Origin: Utricularia gibba
Lineage: Eukaryota > Plantae > Magnoliophyta
Reading direction: 5' to 3'
NCBI GenBank assembly: GCA_002189035.1
Contig: NEEC01000025.1
Coordinates: 620,001-684,000 of the forward strand
DNA: 64,000 bases
A model generated the notes under the pieces. That model saw only the letters and a program-made list of their open reading frames with translations, was not told the DNA's origin and did not search any database. The translations under genes and the position numbers were made by a program. The first letter of the stretch is position 1. The number at the start of each line of letters is the position of its first letter. Of the stretch, positions 61,229-64,000 are shown one piece after another.

Positions 61229-62750
61229 GACAAACCCTGCTCAAAAAAAAAAGAAAAAAAGACGAGGAAAATCAAAGCAGATAAGAAAGAGGTGTCTGGA
61301 ATCCAGAGTCTCTGAACTATCTAGGACGGGGCAGCGCCACATAAAAAATACATAAATCGCCGAAAACAGAAGATGAGACCGGAGGAGACGAGCCGAGCCG
61401 CAGGGTAACAGAATTTTACAAGGATAAATCATAAAACAGGCTTTTTTTTATTTTCACTGGTAAAAAAAACAGAGATAATAGTAAGGATACAGATTTTTAG
61501 TTTGAATTGTAAGATTCGAGGAATGATCCAGATTGGGTCCAATGTGTGAGAGATTAGGAGGGAAGCCCAGGGGGCAGCCCATCCCCCTTGATGCACATGT
61601 TGTTGGGGGCACCGACATACTGTGACAGCTAATACGTATGTGTGACGTAGGGCCTGGCCAAGGGCCTTTGGTTTTGGAGGTGTAGTAGTACGTGGCAAGC
61701 CCACCCGTTTCGTGAAGATGACTTGATAACTACTGCAACACGAATGCCAAGTGATACTAAAACTGAGTTGGCCCACAGTAAAGTGATTAAGAAATGGGCG
61801 CATTAGTGGCCCCTAATAATGACCATCATTGTCTGTTTTCCAAGCTCCCAACCATGAAACGGAAACATCAAAATTAAAGTCGACAGGTACCCATTCCCAA
61901 AACTGGAAACAAATTAGCGGTATAACGTGAGCCCGGCTAAAGATAAGACTTTTGTGACGACATGGCCCAGATCCCCCAACCAACCAGCCACCAGGTACCG
62001 GACCAACTCGGTCACTCATCGTCTTAGAGAGCTCGGCCGGCACACACAGTCAGCAGGGAGATGGTCCATCAATAACACTCCAGCTTGTGGAAAAGAAGAG
62101 CTCTTTGGTTGACTCCTGGATGCTCTAACCGTTTCCAGCCAAATTCTGTTACATGTCGAATAATGCTGTTTTTTTAAGAAACATGTGCAGGAGTTGTGAA
62201 TTGTATAGATGGATTCCCTGTAATAAATAATTCAAAGAACCCAAGCAGATGATGCCATGGTATTTTTCCCGATAAATCAATTGTTAAAAGAGGGTTTGCA
62301 AGCTGTCATACACCTCGGGGATCGAAATGATTACATGGTTTTACTTCAGCTTGATGCAAATTTCTACGGGGGGCAATCAAATACAAAACAAATTATCGCT
62401 CAAACACAATACTTTATCTGCATCATTACATTACATGGTTTATGCATCATAAGATCCTGGAGGGAGCAGGAAAGAATCTGCTTGCTTCCTATACTTTTTA
62501 CTTTTGTTGTATATGCCTAAATATTTCTCTACACACTCACTCGCACTGTCAGACTGGTATTGTTCATATACAGTATCCGGGCAGAGAGATGAAAATGATA
62601 CTGAACATATCACAGAATAAGGTGAAAAATGTGGCTCGCCTTACCACCTTACCTGGAATTGATGCTTCTCTTTGACTCAAAAATCTTCCTATCATCAAGC
62701 ATAATTCCACCTTGGATGGGTATCGAAGGCTGGCAAATCGGTCTCCGAGA

Positions 62751-63982
62751 TTAAGAGTACCAATTCATGCTGGGATATGGTGGCGGCCGGAACACCCCAT
62801 TATCCTCTAGATTCCCCATTAAAGCCTGTTGTTGTTGTTGTTGTTGTTGTTGCTGCTGCTGCTGCATAGGATTAGTTTGGGGAAGCTGACTGAGAACCAT
62901 GGCTATGCTGTTGGTGGTGTCGTCCGTCCTCCCCAAACTGCTTCCCTCGCAGCAACTGTCCGATAAAAATCTCTTTGTGGGGGAGATTCCGTGGCAGCTG
63001 CAGCTGCTGCTGTTTCTTCGTTCCAATAAAAATTTGACAGCATCCTTTTTCCGTGAAGAAGAATATTAGGGTCTCCAACCCATGGGACCTTGGAGGCATC
63101 CTCGATTCCTCCATGGTAAAAGTTGGGCTGATTTTCAAGCAACAAGGAGGAGTAGTTTTGTCCCTTTAGTGCCCCTCCTCCGCCCTTGTGTAACTGTAGT
63201 CCCACTCCCATGGTCGTCATGGGGATGGTGGGATGGACAGTACCCATGCCCATTACTTGATTTATGTCAGCATCTCTATCCTGATCGAGCGGCCTTTGAA
63301 GGCTGTTCTTCTTGTAAATTCGACACAAAACCCAATCGTCAAGCTGCAGCAGCACAGCGGACAAGAGTTATATGAGTGAGCGAGTATTTCATTACTATTT
63401 TTGTTGCTGTTACCCACCCTCAAGGAGCCCTTTTTGTTGGTAGCATCACAGCCTGGAGGCTTGGTGTTTGATTTGTTATCTGCAAGCCTGTATTCGTGCA
63501 TGATCCAGTTGGTTTTGATTCCTCTAGGTGGCTTCCCACCGTAGAAAACCAGGGCTTTCTTAACCCCAACTTTTTCGGTCCCCCTGCCGTCATCACCGGT
63601 TTGTCAGTCCCCGTGGCCTTCCAGTACCCAGAGGTGGCTGCCCGATTCGGCCTCGCCCCGTTGGGATATTTTCTGTCCCTAGGGCTGAAGAAATACCACT
63701 CTTGCTCCCCGAATATAGCCTTTGCTGAAAGGAATAACCAGCCCATCATGGGGATGAACAAATAAGTGGAAAGCTGGAGGGGGGCGAAAAAAAGGTACCT
63801 GGAAGTTCCCAAGGATCGAATTTGTAAAGATCGACTTCGGCGATGATGGCCACAGGGAGAGGAGAGGAGGCAGCCTTCTTTTTGAGGTAGTGAACCACCA
63901 GCTCTTCGTCCGTAGGGTGGAATCGGAAGCCTGGGGGAAGCTGCGGCTGCGGGGTTTCGCCGGAGGAATCCGTGCTCTCCAT
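62751..63982 (-). CDS. NAC transcription factor (NAC056/NARS1/NOR-like), 3 exons, Q13 tract; one base missing at 63580-63584 and at 62979-62983
   Basis: [81 protein letters not shown]...MNWYS*. Confidence 0.92.
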
Positions 63983-64000
63983 ATCAGTCTCACAGTGGTT

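Noticed and set aside
1-64000. tRNA, rRNA, snRNA or conserved miRNA genes
   Set aside because: A visual scan for T-loop/B-box, USE element and common mature miRNA sequences found no match; a covariance-model search would be needed to exclude them.

Overview
Gene-dense nuclear DNA from a photosynthetic eudicot, with about 20 genes or gene remnants in 64 kb and mostly short introns. A compact-genome lineage such as Lentibulariaceae is a guess only. Gene order: GPI-type LRR protein, PP5 phosphatase, integrin-linked (ankyrin) kinase, GAUT15-like GT8, stand-alone UDP-glucose 4,6-dehydratase, broken PDF1-like gene, Mutator-type foldback element, XTH, ribosomal-L1-domain protein, MEI2-like protein that has lost RRM3, receptor-like kinase, RWP-RK protein, LHCA3, two tandem ABC1K7 kinases, class I formin, FQR1 remnant, TRM5, DUF4408/DUF761 protein, zinc-ribbon plastid protein and a NAC factor. 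The main structural event is a tandem duplication of [LHCA3 5' part - ABC1K7 - formin exon 1]. Its junction fuses a formin promoter and signal-peptide exon to LHCA3 exons with compatible splice phase, giving a candidate new chimeric gene. The two copies are a mosaic of near-identical and diverged tracts. Several otherwise intact genes (LHCA3, NAC twice, DUF761, formin, PDF1-like) each lack one base in a G/C homopolymer; this looks like assembly error, not biology. No tRNA, rRNA, CRISPR array or recognisable miRNA/snoRNA was found. All exon calls were made by manual translation; no database search was run.
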